64,000 nt of DNA from Clostridia bacterium (lineage in GTDB: Bacteria > Bacillota > Clostridia > RGIG6154), in contig JAZNOU010000005.1 in assembly GCA_045589295.1 (NCBI GenBank), positions 64,001 through 128,000 of the forward strand, read 5' to 3'. The notes under the pieces were generated by a model. The model saw nothing but the letters and a program-made list of their open reading frames with translations. It was not told the DNA's origin and did no database searches. Shown one piece after another: positions 10,623 through 20,271 of this stretch (position 1 is its first letter; each line of letters starts with the position of its first letter). Made by a program: the position numbers and the translations under genes.

Positions 10623-11760
10623 CTTGTACTATTTTAATTTCTCTGTTATCACAAAGTTCGGCTTCTATTTTATCAATTCTTTTTGTAAGTTCTGCTATCA
10701 TTTTAAAAAGCATATCACCGTCTTCTTCTTTTTTATACTCAGGTGGTGGCGATAAAAGTGGTTCTTCTTCTATATAATTTTCAATGTCAGGCTTTATTTC
10801 TTCAAATGGTTTTGGCTTTTCTATTTTTATATTTTCTTCTAAAAACGATGGAACTAATTTACCGTTATCTGTTTCATAACCATATGTATAGTTGGTTCTT
10901 ATATCCGCTCCTGTTTTGTCTGCTGATATTATTTTTACAATTCCCTGTTTATTAAAACTTCCAGGGAAGAAGTATTTCGCACTTAAAAAACTGTCACCCA
11001 TATTGTCACTTACTGCCCTTAGCACTCTTCCCGCAAAATCAAACAAAATATTGATTTTATCATTAATAACTATAACAGGTTTTAAGACAGAATACCCTCC
11101 GCTAATTATTTCATGAGCCTTTTTCTCATTTGTATAGGCGATTTTATATTTATTTTCCTCCCCTATACACACTGCTACGTGGTAATTATTATTTTCATCA
11201 AAAGCAGCGGTTATATAGTGAATTTCTTCATTAAATTTAAAAATCCCTGTATAATTTGACCATTTCTTTTCATTCCACATATACTTTTTAAATCCAAGCT
11301 CTCGCCCTCTTGCAAAAAAGCAATAGATGTTTCCGAATTTATCAGAAAGTGCAAAATAGCTTTTAAAATCACCGCTTTTTTCAATTATTTCAGGCTCGGA
11401 TTCACCAAATATTATGTGGTGAACTATCAAGGTACTGTCTTTATGCTTTACTGTATAAAATGCATTAAGCCAACCACCTACATTTACGAGGGAGAAATTT
11501 TTGTTATACACTTCTTCAACGCTCGATTCAAGCATACACTTATTATGCCAGCAGTTTCCATCATACCAATACAAATAAAAATAATTTTTTTCATCCTGGC
11601 AAAGCATATAAATTTTCTCTTCCCCGTCTGCCGTTACATCAAAATCATCAAGTCCGCCACCAAAAAGTTCTTCATTTTTTCCATCTGGATAAATACACCT
11701 TATTCCGTTATCATAATAAAACTGCCAGAGACCATAAGATGTATAAACTGCCTTTTTCAT
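10606..11760 (-). CDS. Hypothetical protein, probably expressed in the sporulating mother cell
   Basis: Long ORF with a beta-rich N-terminus, a Pro/Glu linker and a C-terminal coiled coil. Consensus sigmaE promoter upstream. Confidence 0.75.
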   Translation of the reverse strand: MKKAVYTSYGLWQFYYDNGIRCIYPDGKNEELFGGGLDDFDVTADGEEKIYMLCQDEKNYFYLYWYDGNCWHNKCMLESSVEEVYNKNFSLVNVGGWLNAFYTVKHKDSTLIVHHIIFGESEPEIIEKSGDFKSYFALSDKFGNIYCFFARGRELGFKKYMWNEKKWSNYTGIFKFNEEIHYITAAFDENNNYHVAVCIGEENKYKIAYTNEKKAHEIISGGYSVLKPVIVINDKINILFDFAGRVLRAVSDNMGDSFLSAKYFFPGSFNKQGIVKIISADKTGADIRTNYTYGYETDNGKLVPSFLEENIKIEKPKPFEEIKPDIENYIEEEPLLSPPPEYKKEEDGDMLFKMIAELTKRIDKIEAELCDNREIKIVQENQPF

Positions 11761-11791
11761 ATTAATCAACCTTTCCGTAAAGTCTTTTTAA

Positions 11792-11820
11792 AATATATGA
11801 CTTTGGGATTATAAATATGA
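11792..11820 (-). promoter_or_regulatory. sigmaE promoter
   Basis: Minus strand TCATATT-N14-CATATATT. Confidence 0.7.
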
Positions 11821-11828
11821 AATTTGAC

Positions 11829-11855
11829 ACAAAACAAAAACTTTAACATATTATG
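11829..11855 (+). promoter_or_regulatory. sigmaK promoter
   Basis: AC(11829-11830)-N16-CATATTATG(11847-11855). Confidence 0.65.
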
Positions 11856-11893
11856 TATTGGGGAATACCTAAAAATAATCAGGAGGTACTTTT

Positions 11894-12736
11894 ATGAATA
11901 AAGGAATTTCACCCGGTCCTGTTGGTCCTAACACGGGCAGTTGCATAAAAGAAGCTGTTTGTATTCATACCGACAAGGTTTATGATGCGTGCAGGGACAA
12001 AGAATGTCTTCAAGATGTAAGGGTTTACTTAACTGTAGGCGATCAGGAAATTGTTGACCGTGCAGTCAGCATCAAAGCTACAACAGCTGAACTTATCTGG
12101 GTTACAAGCGATGTTGAGCCTGTACCATTCCATTCAGGCTATTATTCTGTTGATATCAGATTTTTCTTCAGAGTTACTTTAGATGTTTGCAGTGACACAG
12201 GCAGACCTAAACGTGTAGAAGGTCTTGCAGTATATGATAAAAAAGTAGTTTTATTTGGTTCAGAAGGAAAATCAAAAGTTTTCCGTTCTCTATACAGTGC
12301 AGGCGGCTGCGATAAACAACTTGCAGGTAAAACAAATCTTCCTCAAGCAGTCGTTGAGGCGGTAGACCCAATTACCCTTTCTGCGAAATTTGTTGACAGA
12401 TGCTGTCAGAGAAACATTGTTGATGACTGCTATGATATTGCAAGCACTCCCGATGTTGTTTGCGGATGCTTTGAAAACGTATTTTCTGACCCACGTGCAG
12501 AAAGAAGAGTTTATGTTACTTTGGGACTTTTCACTATTATCAAGCTTGAAAGAAGCGTTCAACTTTTAATTCCAGTATACGATTTCTGCATACCTGAAAA
12601 CGAATCTGTATCAAGCACACAAGGAGACCCTTGTGATTTATTTGATAAAATCAAGTTTCCTGTTGACGAATTTTATCCGCCACAAAAACACGATTTTGGT
12701 GACGGAACATCAAACGGTTGCAATAATTGCTGCTAA
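11894..12736 (+). CDS. Cys-rich uncharacterised protein, candidate spore coat protein
   Basis: AGGAGG RBS. CIHTDKVYDAC motif, many Cys, ends in GCNNCC. sigmaK-like promoter. Confidence 0.75.
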   Translation: MNKGISPGPVGPNTGSCIKEAVCIHTDKVYDACRDKECLQDVRVYLTVGDQEIVDRAVSIKATTAELIWVTSDVEPVPFHSGYYSVDIRFFFRVTLDVCSDTGRPKRVEGLAVYDKKVVLFGSEGKSKVFRSLYSAGGCDKQLAGKTNLPQAVVEAVDPITLSAKFVDRCCQRNIVDDCYDIASTPDVVCGCFENVFSDPRAERRVYVTLGLFTIIKLERSVQLLIPVYDFCIPENESVSSTQGDPCDLFDKIKFPVDEFYPPQKHDFGDGTSNGCNNCC

Positions 12737-12764
12737 AAAAATCCACCCTTACGGGTGGATTTTT
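12736..12764. terminator. Bidirectional terminator
   Basis: AAAAAATCCACCC-ttac-GGGTGGATTTTT. Confidence 0.85.
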
Positions 12765-12765
12765 A

Positions 12766-14949
12766 CTATTCTTCTGTTGGTGGAATTGCTGGTTCTGCCG
12801 TTGTAGAATGAGTACATATTTCCTCAGTTCCATCAGATGGTTGAACTCTCATTTCCACATCACTTAAATTACATTCAGGCCCTGCAATCATTCCTGTTGT
12901 TTTGTCAACCTGAACGTATTTATGAAGATCACATGTTGCATTTGTAAGACTTGCAACCCCTATATACTCTGTAACTACTCTGCTTCCTCTGTAATCCTGA
13001 TAGCAAAGGTCTGTTGCAAGTTTTCCGCTGTCCATACACATATTAGTAGCAGACGCCGTACTCTTTGACACATCAAACTGCTTACTCTTAAGCCCCTCAT
13101 GTGATTTTTGCATTACGGCTTTCCAAAGTGCAACAGCAGGGTTAACTCCGTAACCAGTTATTGTCTTAGGTTCATCAAAACCTACCCATACACCTGCCGC
13201 ATAATAAGGGGTTACACCCATAAACCATCTGTCTTTATCATCATCAGTTGTGCCTGTTTTTCCGCCTGCAGGGAAATTTGAAAGCCTTGCAGGTGTTCCT
13301 GTTCCGTAGTCAACAACACTCTTTAGAACACTAAGCATGGTTGCAGCTGTACTTTCAGACATAGCAACATTGCTTTTTTTGGAGTGTTCGTAAATAACTT
13401 TACCTTTATTATCCTTAATCATTTCGACAGTATATGGTACTGTATAAATACCTTTATTAACAAATGCAGAATATGCTGCTGTCATTTCAAGGACTGACAC
13501 ACCATTTGTAAGCCCGCCCAAAGCAAGCGGTGAATATGCCTTATCCCTGTTATCTATTGATGTAAAATTAAGATTTTTTGTTAAAAAGTCGTATGATTTA
13601 TCAAGTCCCACTTTTTCAAGTGCCTTAACCGCAACGGTATTGACTGATTGTTCTACTGCATATTTTACAGTCATAGGTCCTTTAAAGCCTTGATAATAAT
13701 TCTTTATTGAATGATTTCCTACAGAATATGCTTCATCTACAAACATTGTGCCTGGTGTAAACTTCTTATATTCAAATCCCGGCGCGTAAACACTAAGTGG
13801 TTTTATTGAGCTTCCAGGCTGACGCAAAGTCATTGTTGCTCTGTTTAATGTTCTTTCTGAAGTTTTTCTTCCAAGTCCTCCACCTACACCTTTAACCTGT
13901 CCTGTATATGGATCCATAACTACAATAGCTGCCTGAATTGGATATTCCTCGTTATAGTTTATAGTTTTTGAAGGATTTGAAAAAATTTGATCAATCGCTT
14001 TTTGTACTTTAGGATCAACTGTTGTATAAATTTGAAGTCCGCCTCTGTAAATCATCTGCGCTGCCATAGTTTTGTTAATACCAAGTTCTTTTTGGAGAAT
14101 TGGTATAACTTCTTCAATTACATGGTCTGTATAATATGACTGTGAGCTTACAGCGTCATCTGTGTCGTTATTCTGAATGTTAAGTTTTTCTGCTATCGCC
14201 TCATCATATTCATCTTGTGTAATCATCTCAAGCTCAAGCATTTTTTTAAGCACAAGCTCCTGCTTTTGCTTATTTGCTTCAGGATTTAAAATTGGATCGT
14301 ATCTTGTTGGATACTGTGTAATACCAGCTATTGATGCACATTCTGCCAAAGTAAGTTCGGAAACCGCCTTGCCAAAATACTTATTTGCCGCCGTTTCCAC
14401 ACCATTACATCCCTGACTTAAGTATATTGTATTAAGATACAATTCTAAAATCTGGGTTTTGGTCATTTTTCTGTCCATATCAATAGCCCTGATAATCTCA
14501 ATTATCTTTCGTTTTGCAGTCGTATCATCATAACCAGTAATATTTTTTACAAGCTGCTGGTTTATGGTACTGCCACCAAAAGACGAGTCTCTTTTTACAA
14601 GATAATTAAAAGTAGCTTTGAAAGTTCTCGGCAAATCGAAGCCTGAATGTTTATAAAATCTTTCGTCCTCGATAGCAACAAAAGCCTGCGGCAAATACTC
14701 AGGCATATCAGAGATATCCGCCCATAACCTGTTTTGCTCGCCATACACCTGATCGTACTCGAATTCCTTACCTTCGTTGTCAGTATAATAAACAACACTG
14801 GAAAAATTAAGTCCCACCGAACTATAATCCACACCTGAATCGCTAACCGCAAGAGCATAGATAATTACACCTGTAATTATCGCCCCGACTATACCGAAAA
14901 TTATTAAAGATTTCCAGAAAACTGACAAAAACTTCTTATTACAAATCAT
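12766..14949 (-). CDS. Class A penicillin-binding protein (PBP1A family)
   Basis: Transglycosylase EDERFYKH and GGSTINQQL motifs; transpeptidase SSIK, SVN and KTG motifs; N-terminal TM anchor. Confidence 0.95.
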   Translation of the reverse strand: MICNKKFLSVFWKSLIIFGIVGAIITGVIIYALAVSDSGVDYSSVGLNFSSVVYYTDNEGKEFEYDQVYGEQNRLWADISDMPEYLPQAFVAIEDERFYKHSGFDLPRTFKATFNYLVKRDSSFGGSTINQQLVKNITGYDDTTAKRKIIEIIRAIDMDRKMTKTQILELYLNTIYLSQGCNGVETAANKYFGKAVSELTLAECASIAGITQYPTRYDPILNPEANKQKQELVLKKMLELEMITQDEYDEAIAEKLNIQNNDTDDAVSSQSYYTDHVIEEVIPILQKELGINKTMAAQMIYRGGLQIYTTVDPKVQKAIDQIFSNPSKTINYNEEYPIQAAIVVMDPYTGQVKGVGGGLGRKTSERTLNRATMTLRQPGSSIKPLSVYAPGFEYKKFTPGTMFVDEAYSVGNHSIKNYYQGFKGPMTVKYAVEQSVNTVAVKALEKVGLDKSYDFLTKNLNFTSIDNRDKAYSPLALGGLTNGVSVLEMTAAYSAFVNKGIYTVPYTVEMIKDNKGKVIYEHSKKSNVAMSESTAATMLSVLKSVVDYGTGTPARLSNFPAGGKTGTTDDDKDRWFMGVTPYYAAGVWVGFDEPKTITGYGVNPAVALWKAVMQKSHEGLKSKQFDVSKSTASATNMCMDSGKLATDLCYQDYRGSRVVTEYIGVASLTNATCDLHKYVQVDKTTGMIAGPECNLSDVEMRVQPSDGTEEICTHSTTAEPAIPPTEE

Positions 14950-15011
14950 CTTATCACCTCTTAGGATAACTATAGTATATCAAATAAATCAATAAAAGTA
15001 AACAAAAAATA

Positions 15012-15040
15012 TTGACAAACCGTTTGACTGTATGTAAAAT
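15012..15040 (+). promoter_or_regulatory. sigmaA promoter
   Basis: TTGACA-N17-TAAAAT. Confidence 0.65.
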
Positions 15041-15064
15041 TTCTATATAAAAGGAGTGATTTAT

Positions 15065-15703
15065 ATGCAAAACATCATTAACGCATTGAAAAATAATAAT
15101 ATGGATGCTTTTTTTGCTGATACAAAAGAAGATGCATTAAAGCTTTTAAAAAAACTTTTAACCTCTGGTGAAACAATAGCAGTTGGCGGTTCTGTTACCC
15201 TCAATGAGCTTGGAGTAATAGATTTATTACGAAGTGGAGATTATAATTTTATTGACAGGTATGAAGATGGTATTTCACCGGAAGAAACAGCCAAGAGATT
15301 AAAAAAAGGACTTGCCGCAGACACATTTATCTGTTCAAGCAATGCTATTACAAAAGACGGATATCTTTATAATGTAGATGGTGTTGGAAATCGAGTTGCT
15401 GCCATTACTTATGGTCCTGAAAGTGTTATAATTATTGCAGGTAAGAATAAAATTGTAGAAGATTTAAAAGCAGCCGAAATCAGAGTAAAAACTATTGCTG
15501 CACCTAAAAATAGCAATAGGCTTAATGCTGATACCTACTGTCTAAAAGAAGGCAGTTGCCTTTCACTTAAAAACGATACCGCTGAAATGTGTAATGGTTG
15601 CACTGCGAATAATCGAATCTGTTGTAACTATGTTGTTACTGCAAAACAGAGAACTAAAGGAAGAATTAAAGTTATACTTGTGAACTGTGATTTAGGGTAT
15701 TGA
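15065..15703 (+). CDS. LUD-domain (LutC/YkgG-like) protein
   Basis: GGSVTL, SSNAITKDG.LYNVDGVGNRVA and GKNKIV motifs, plus a C-terminal Cys cluster. Confidence 0.85.
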   Translation: MQNIINALKNNNMDAFFADTKEDALKLLKKLLTSGETIAVGGSVTLNELGVIDLLRSGDYNFIDRYEDGISPEETAKRLKKGLAADTFICSSNAITKDGYLYNVDGVGNRVAAITYGPESVIIIAGKNKIVEDLKAAEIRVKTIAAPKNSNRLNADTYCLKEGSCLSLKNDTAEMCNGCTANNRICCNYVVTAKQRTKGRIKVILVNCDLGY

Positions 15704-15799
15704 TTTGTAACATAAATTTAACCTTTTTTTAATTGATTTTTTTATTTTGCTAGTCTATAATGTAGTTATATTTATTTGATAAAAAAGGAGATAGTTTAA

Positions 15800-17524
15800 G
15801 TGTCAGAAAATCGTTCTGTAATAGAACAAAAGCCAGTTAAAAAACTCACAAAAACACACATTGCATTAATTACTGCCGCAATTATTTTAATTGCAATCAT
15901 AACAGCATTTACATGTCTTGCCGCACAATATGATAAAATTTTCAGCGGCATTAGTGTATGTAATGCCGATTTAAGTGCAATGACTGCAAACGAGGCGGCA
16001 GAAGTTTTGGAGAAAAATTTTGCTGAAAAATCACCAAAAATACAAATCAATATCAAAAATCAAAATGTTAATTTTTCTTTTAAAGATGTTGGCGAGTATG
16101 ACTACGTTACCTCTGCAGAAAACGCTTTAGGTTATGGCAAGGATAACATTTTTTCAAAATTCTTCACATACATAACTCCGTTTGTAAACAGAAATCTCCC
16201 TATGGAGTTTTATCTTGATGAAGAAAAAGTTTCTTCACTTATGGATGCTGAATACGAAAGACTTGAACAACACTTCACTCCCACAACTTACAAAATAGAG
16301 GACGATAAACTTATTATTACCTCTGGAAATGCAGGTTATGGGATTGACTCATCGGATATCATTTCCCAGATTAAAGACGGCATTTCAAAGTGCGAAGACC
16401 TCACAATTGATTCAAAAATCACCTACAAAGAATACGATGGCATTGACATTGAAAAAATATATAAAGAAGTAACCGGAAACCCTGTAGACGCGTATTACGA
16501 TAAGGAAAGCGGAGTAATTGTTCCCCATAAAAACGGATACAAATTTGATTTAAATTCCGCAAAGGAACAAACAAGAAGTGTTCCCGAAAACTCAGAAGTT
16601 ACAATTTCACTTGAAATAACATACCCGGAAATTACAGAAGCAAAACTCACTGGTAAAATGTTTGAAGATGTTTTGGCAACATATACTACAAAGTATAACT
16701 CCGCAGAAGTTGACAGAACGCACAATATGCGCCTTGCAGGAAACAAGGTAAACGGAACAGTTTTAGCTCCCGGTCAGGTATTCTCCTATAACGAGGTTGT
16801 TGGGCAAAGAACTGTCGCAAAGGGATACAGGAATGCAAAAATATTTGAAAATGGCAGAGTTGTTGATGGTTTGGCGGGTGGAATTTGTCAAGTGTCTACT
16901 ACAATTTATAATGCCGCACTTTATTCAAATATGGAAATTGTAGAAAGAAAAAATCATTCTTTTCCTGTGTCTTATGCACCCAAAGGTCAAGACGCAACCG
17001 TTGTTATGGGAGCTATAGACTTTAAATTCAAAAACTCAACAAGCAATCCAATTAAGATTACTTGTTCTATAAGCGGTGGAAATTGCACTGTTTCAATTAT
17101 GGGAATTAAGGAAAAAAATTATAAAGTGGAAATAAACAATATAATAACAGGCTCTACCCCATTTAAAACAGAATATGAAAATGATAGCACATTAGAACCA
17201 GGCAAAGAAGTTGTTAAGCAAACCGGTTCAAACGGCTATACTATAAAATCATCAAGAACTGTATATGAAAACGGAAAAGTAATAAAAACTGAAAGTCTTC
17301 CGTCAAGCTACTACATTCCGCTTTCAAAAATTGTTTTGCGAAACGAAACAGCAACAGAGGTTCCACCCGAGGAAAACATAGAGGTTTCAGTTCCTGTTGA
17401 AGATCCAGCCTCAACTGATAATCCTTCCGCAGAAACGGGCACAGATACCCCCCCTGTAAGCGAATCTGAGTCACAAGAAGTTACATCTCCCGAGCTTAAT
17501 CTTGAAACTGAAATTTATTCATAA
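15800..17524 (+). CDS. VanW family protein with peptidoglycan-binding and G5 domains
   Basis: TM anchor. FSYNEVVG, GGICQVSTTIYNA, ERKNHS and GQDATV motifs. G5-like VKQTGSNG segment and acidic tail. Confidence 0.9.
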   Translation: MSENRSVIEQKPVKKLTKTHIALITAAIILIAIITAFTCLAAQYDKIFSGISVCNADLSAMTANEAAEVLEKNFAEKSPKIQINIKNQNVNFSFKDVGEYDYVTSAENALGYGKDNIFSKFFTYITPFVNRNLPMEFYLDEEKVSSLMDAEYERLEQHFTPTTYKIEDDKLIITSGNAGYGIDSSDIISQIKDGISKCEDLTIDSKITYKEYDGIDIEKIYKEVTGNPVDAYYDKESGVIVPHKNGYKFDLNSAKEQTRSVPENSEVTISLEITYPEITEAKLTGKMFEDVLATYTTKYNSAEVDRTHNMRLAGNKVNGTVLAPGQVFSYNEVVGQRTVAKGYRNAKIFENGRVVDGLAGGICQVSTTIYNAALYSNMEIVERKNHSFPVSYAPKGQDATVVMGAIDFKFKNSTSNPIKITCSISGGNCTVSIMGIKEKNYKVEINNIITGSTPFKTEYENDSTLEPGKEVVKQTGSNGYTIKSSRTVYENGKVIKTESLPSSYYIPLSKIVLRNETATEVPPEENIEVSVPVEDPASTDNPSAETGTDTPPVSESESQEVTSPELNLETEIYS

Positions 17525-17530
17525 AACTTA

Positions 17531-17559
17531 TTGACAAAAACACTAAAATATGTTAATAT
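17531..17559 (+). promoter_or_regulatory. sigmaA promoter of secG
   Basis: TTGACA-N17-TAATAT with extended TG. Confidence 0.65.
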
Positions 17560-17586
17560 GTTTAAGTACTATGGAGGTGTAAAATT

Positions 17587-17823
17587 ATGCAGATAGCTTT
17601 AACAATAGTTCAGATTATTATTACCGTTGCTTTAATAATTACAGTTTTAATGCAATCTGGTAAAACTCAAGGCTTGTCAGGCAGCATTGCAGGCGGTGCT
17701 GAAACATTTTTTGGTAAAAACAAAGGCCGCACATTAGACGGCATTTTAAGCAAGATAACATCTGTTCTTGCAGTATTGTTCATCATTTCTTCAATTGCTT
17801 TGTCAATTGTTATGATGAAATAA
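17587..17823 (+). CDS. secG: Preprotein translocase subunit SecG
   Basis: VLMQSGK.QGLSGSIAGGA between two TM helices, upstream of rnr. Confidence 0.95.
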   Translation: MQIALTIVQIIITVALIITVLMQSGKTQGLSGSIAGGAETFFGKNKGRTLDGILSKITSVLAVLFIISSIALSIVMMK

Positions 17824-17837
17824 TTAAAAGAAAATTT

Positions 17838-17889
17838 ATGCAGGCAAGTTATTTTTCCTATTGGGAATAATACACTTGCCTGCATTTTT
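17838..17889 (+). terminator. Long terminator-like hairpin between secG and rnr
   Basis: ATGCAGGCAAGT...ACTTGCCTGCAT followed by a T run. Confidence 0.75.
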
Positions 17890-17933
17890 ATTGTGAATAC
17901 AATTATTTTTGCTTCTTATTACTTAGGAAAGGA

Positions 17934-20042
17934 ATGATATATATAGAAACAAAACAACAGCTAGTTTATGATTTTATAAATGATAAAGATTACGTTCCCA
18001 TGAAATTTAATGATATAGCAGCAATTCTATCTGTTCCTGATGATGATAAATATATCTTAAGCAAAATTTTAGACACCTTAGTCTATGAAGGAGAAATTAT
18101 AAAGGAACGTGATGGGAAATATAAAAGTGCTTCAAAAGAAGGTCTTATCACTGGCATTTTCTCAGGTTCAAAAAAAGGTTTTGGCTTTTTAAGACCACAT
18201 GCAAAAGATACCGCGGATATTTTTATTTCGAATGAAAACTCAAATTATGCTATGAACGGTGACGAAGTTTTGGTCAAAATAACCAAAATTGCCGAGGGTA
18301 CTAACAGCGCTGAGGGCAAAGTTGTTAAAATAATTAAACGTGCAAACAACACATTAGTCGGCACAGTTCATGTTAATAAAAATATTGTTTTTGTCATTCC
18401 TGATGACAAAAAAATAGGTTCTGATGTTTTTATATCAAATAAAAACAACAAAAAGTATAAAAAAGGACAAAAGGTTGTTGTAAAAATCACAAAATGGCCT
18501 GACAAAATAAAAGGTGCAGCAGGTGAAATCATCGAGGTTTTAGGATATGCCGATGAAATAGGTGTTGACGTAATGTCAGTGATTAGAAATCATCACATTA
18601 AAGACTTTTTTGACAAAAAAACACTGGAACAGGCTGACCATCTTAAAGTTACCGACAACGATTTTTATGACCGCACAGACCTTACGGATATGCTTACAAT
18701 TACCATTGACGGCGCAGATGCAAAAGATTTGGATGATGCAGTAAGTCTTGAAATTAAAGATGGTTTTTATAAATTGGGTGTTCACATTGCTGACGTAAGC
18801 CACTTTGTAACAGAAAACTCACCTATTGACAAAGAGGCCTTAAAACGTGGTACAAGCGTGTATTTCGCAGACCGCGTTATACCTATGCTTCCTGTTAAAC
18901 TTTCAAACGGGCTTTGCTCATTAAACCCGAATGAAAAAAAACTTACACTCTCAGTCATTATGACAATAGATAAAAGTGGTAATGTGGTAAGCTATGATAT
19001 TTTAAAAAGCTTTATTTTATCCGATTACCGTATGACTTACAGTGATGTTACCAAAATTTTAGACGGAGATAAAAAACTTTGCAAAGCATACGAACCGATT
19101 GTTCCTATGCTTAAAAATATGGATGAGCTAAGGGAAATTCTCCACTCAAAAAGACTTAACCGAGGCAGTGTTAACTTTGATTTTCCTGAAGCGAAAATTA
19201 TTTTTGACGAAAACGGATTTGTAACAGACATTGTAAAACGTGAATTTACAAATGCCAATTCGATAATTGAAGAATTTATGCTCATTTGTAATGAAACAGT
19301 AGCGGAACATATGTTTTGGGCAGAGCTTCCATCTGTATACAGGGTGCACGAAACGCCCGATGCCGCTAAAATCGAAAATTTTAAAAAAATGCTGTCAGTG
19401 TTGGGATACGCGATGAAAAATTCACAAAAACTTCATTCATCGGAATTCAATAAAATTCTTGCACAAATCGAAGGAAAACCTGAAGAAAGAATTTTAAGCA
19501 CGCTTATGCTTCGTTCTTTTATGAAAGCAAGATACAGTCCCGAAAATTTAGGGCATTTTGGTCTTGCATCGAAATATTACTGTCACTTTACCTCTCCCAT
19601 CAGACGTTATCCTGATTTGGTAGTACACAGAATATTAAAAGAAAGCTTAAATGGTCAGCTTAGTGAAAAACGTACAAATTTCCTTTGTGCATTTACCGAA
19701 AAAGCCTCAAATATGTCATCAGATGCAGAAATCACTGCAATGGAAGCTGAGCGTGAAGTTGAGGATATTAAGAAAGCTGAATATATGAAAAACTTCATTG
19801 GAGAAGACTTTGAAGGAAATATTTCATCCGTTACAAACTTTGGTATTTTTGTGGAGCTTGACAACACTGTTGAAGGTCTTGTAAGATATGCTGACATCCC
19901 CGGGGATTATTTTGAATTTGATCCTGAAACCTTATCCGCTTACGGAAGAAATTCAGGTAAAACTTATAAAATCGGTCAAAAGGTATCCATTTGCGTTATA
20001 GCTTCCAACCCGCTTACAGGCGAAATCGACTTTATGTTTTAA
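17934..20042 (+). CDS. rnr: Ribonuclease R
   Basis: TIDGADAKDLDDA and HFTSPIRRYPDL motifs; cold-shock and S1 domains. Confidence 0.97.
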   Translation: MIYIETKQQLVYDFINDKDYVPMKFNDIAAILSVPDDDKYILSKILDTLVYEGEIIKERDGKYKSASKEGLITGIFSGSKKGFGFLRPHAKDTADIFISNENSNYAMNGDEVLVKITKIAEGTNSAEGKVVKIIKRANNTLVGTVHVNKNIVFVIPDDKKIGSDVFISNKNNKKYKKGQKVVVKITKWPDKIKGAAGEIIEVLGYADEIGVDVMSVIRNHHIKDFFDKKTLEQADHLKVTDNDFYDRTDLTDMLTITIDGADAKDLDDAVSLEIKDGFYKLGVHIADVSHFVTENSPIDKEALKRGTSVYFADRVIPMLPVKLSNGLCSLNPNEKKLTLSVIMTIDKSGNVVSYDILKSFILSDYRMTYSDVTKILDGDKKLCKAYEPIVPMLKNMDELREILHSKRLNRGSVNFDFPEAKIIFDENGFVTDIVKREFTNANSIIEEFMLICNETVAEHMFWAELPSVYRVHETPDAAKIENFKKMLSVLGYAMKNSQKLHSSEFNKILAQIEGKPEERILSTLMLRSFMKARYSPENLGHFGLASKYYCHFTSPIRRYPDLVVHRILKESLNGQLSEKRTNFLCAFTEKASNMSSDAEITAMEAEREVEDIKKAEYMKNFIGEDFEGNISSVTNFGIFVELDNTVEGLVRYADIPGDYFEFDPETLSAYGRNSGKTYKIGQKVSICVIASNPLTGEIDFMF

Positions 20043-20059
20043 ATTTTTTTAAAAAATAA

Positions 20060-20086
20060 AAAGGAAATTAGATTTTCTTGAAGAAT
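20060..20086 (+). promoter_or_regulatory. sigmaH promoter of hpf
   Basis: AAAGGAAAT-N11-GAAGAAT matches the sigmaH consensus; hpf (yvyD) is sigmaH-controlled in Bacillus. Confidence 0.75.
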
Positions 20087-20151
20087 ATATACAGTGAAAA
20101 CACCAAGATGGTGCTTACAATATAAGGTAAACTTTTTTAGGGGTGATTCCA

Positions 20152-20184
20152 ATGGTTATTGAAGAGAGTTCTAAAACCAAGTAG
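20152..20184 (+). CDS. Candidate 10-codon leader ORF (MVIEESSKTK) in the hpf 5'UTR
   Basis: AGGGGTGA SD 5 nt before the ATG; the TAG stop lies in the 5' arm of a hairpin. Confidence 0.4.
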   Translation: MVIEESSKTK

Positions 20185-20271
20185 GTTTGTGACTGCTAAT
20201 CCGTCATGCAACCTGCAATAAACTTTGCATTTATGCCTTAATCCAAAGGACATGCATGAGAGGAGTTTACC

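Noticed and set aside
15800-17524. Vancomycin resistance locus
   Set aside because: The VanW domain occurs alone with no vanHAX or vanRS; this is a common cell-wall protein architecture
20100-20270. Canonical large raiA motif RNA
   Set aside because: Only a short TAGGTTTGTG resemblance; I could not see the conserved multistem core, so it is reported as an unassigned leader pending an Rfam search
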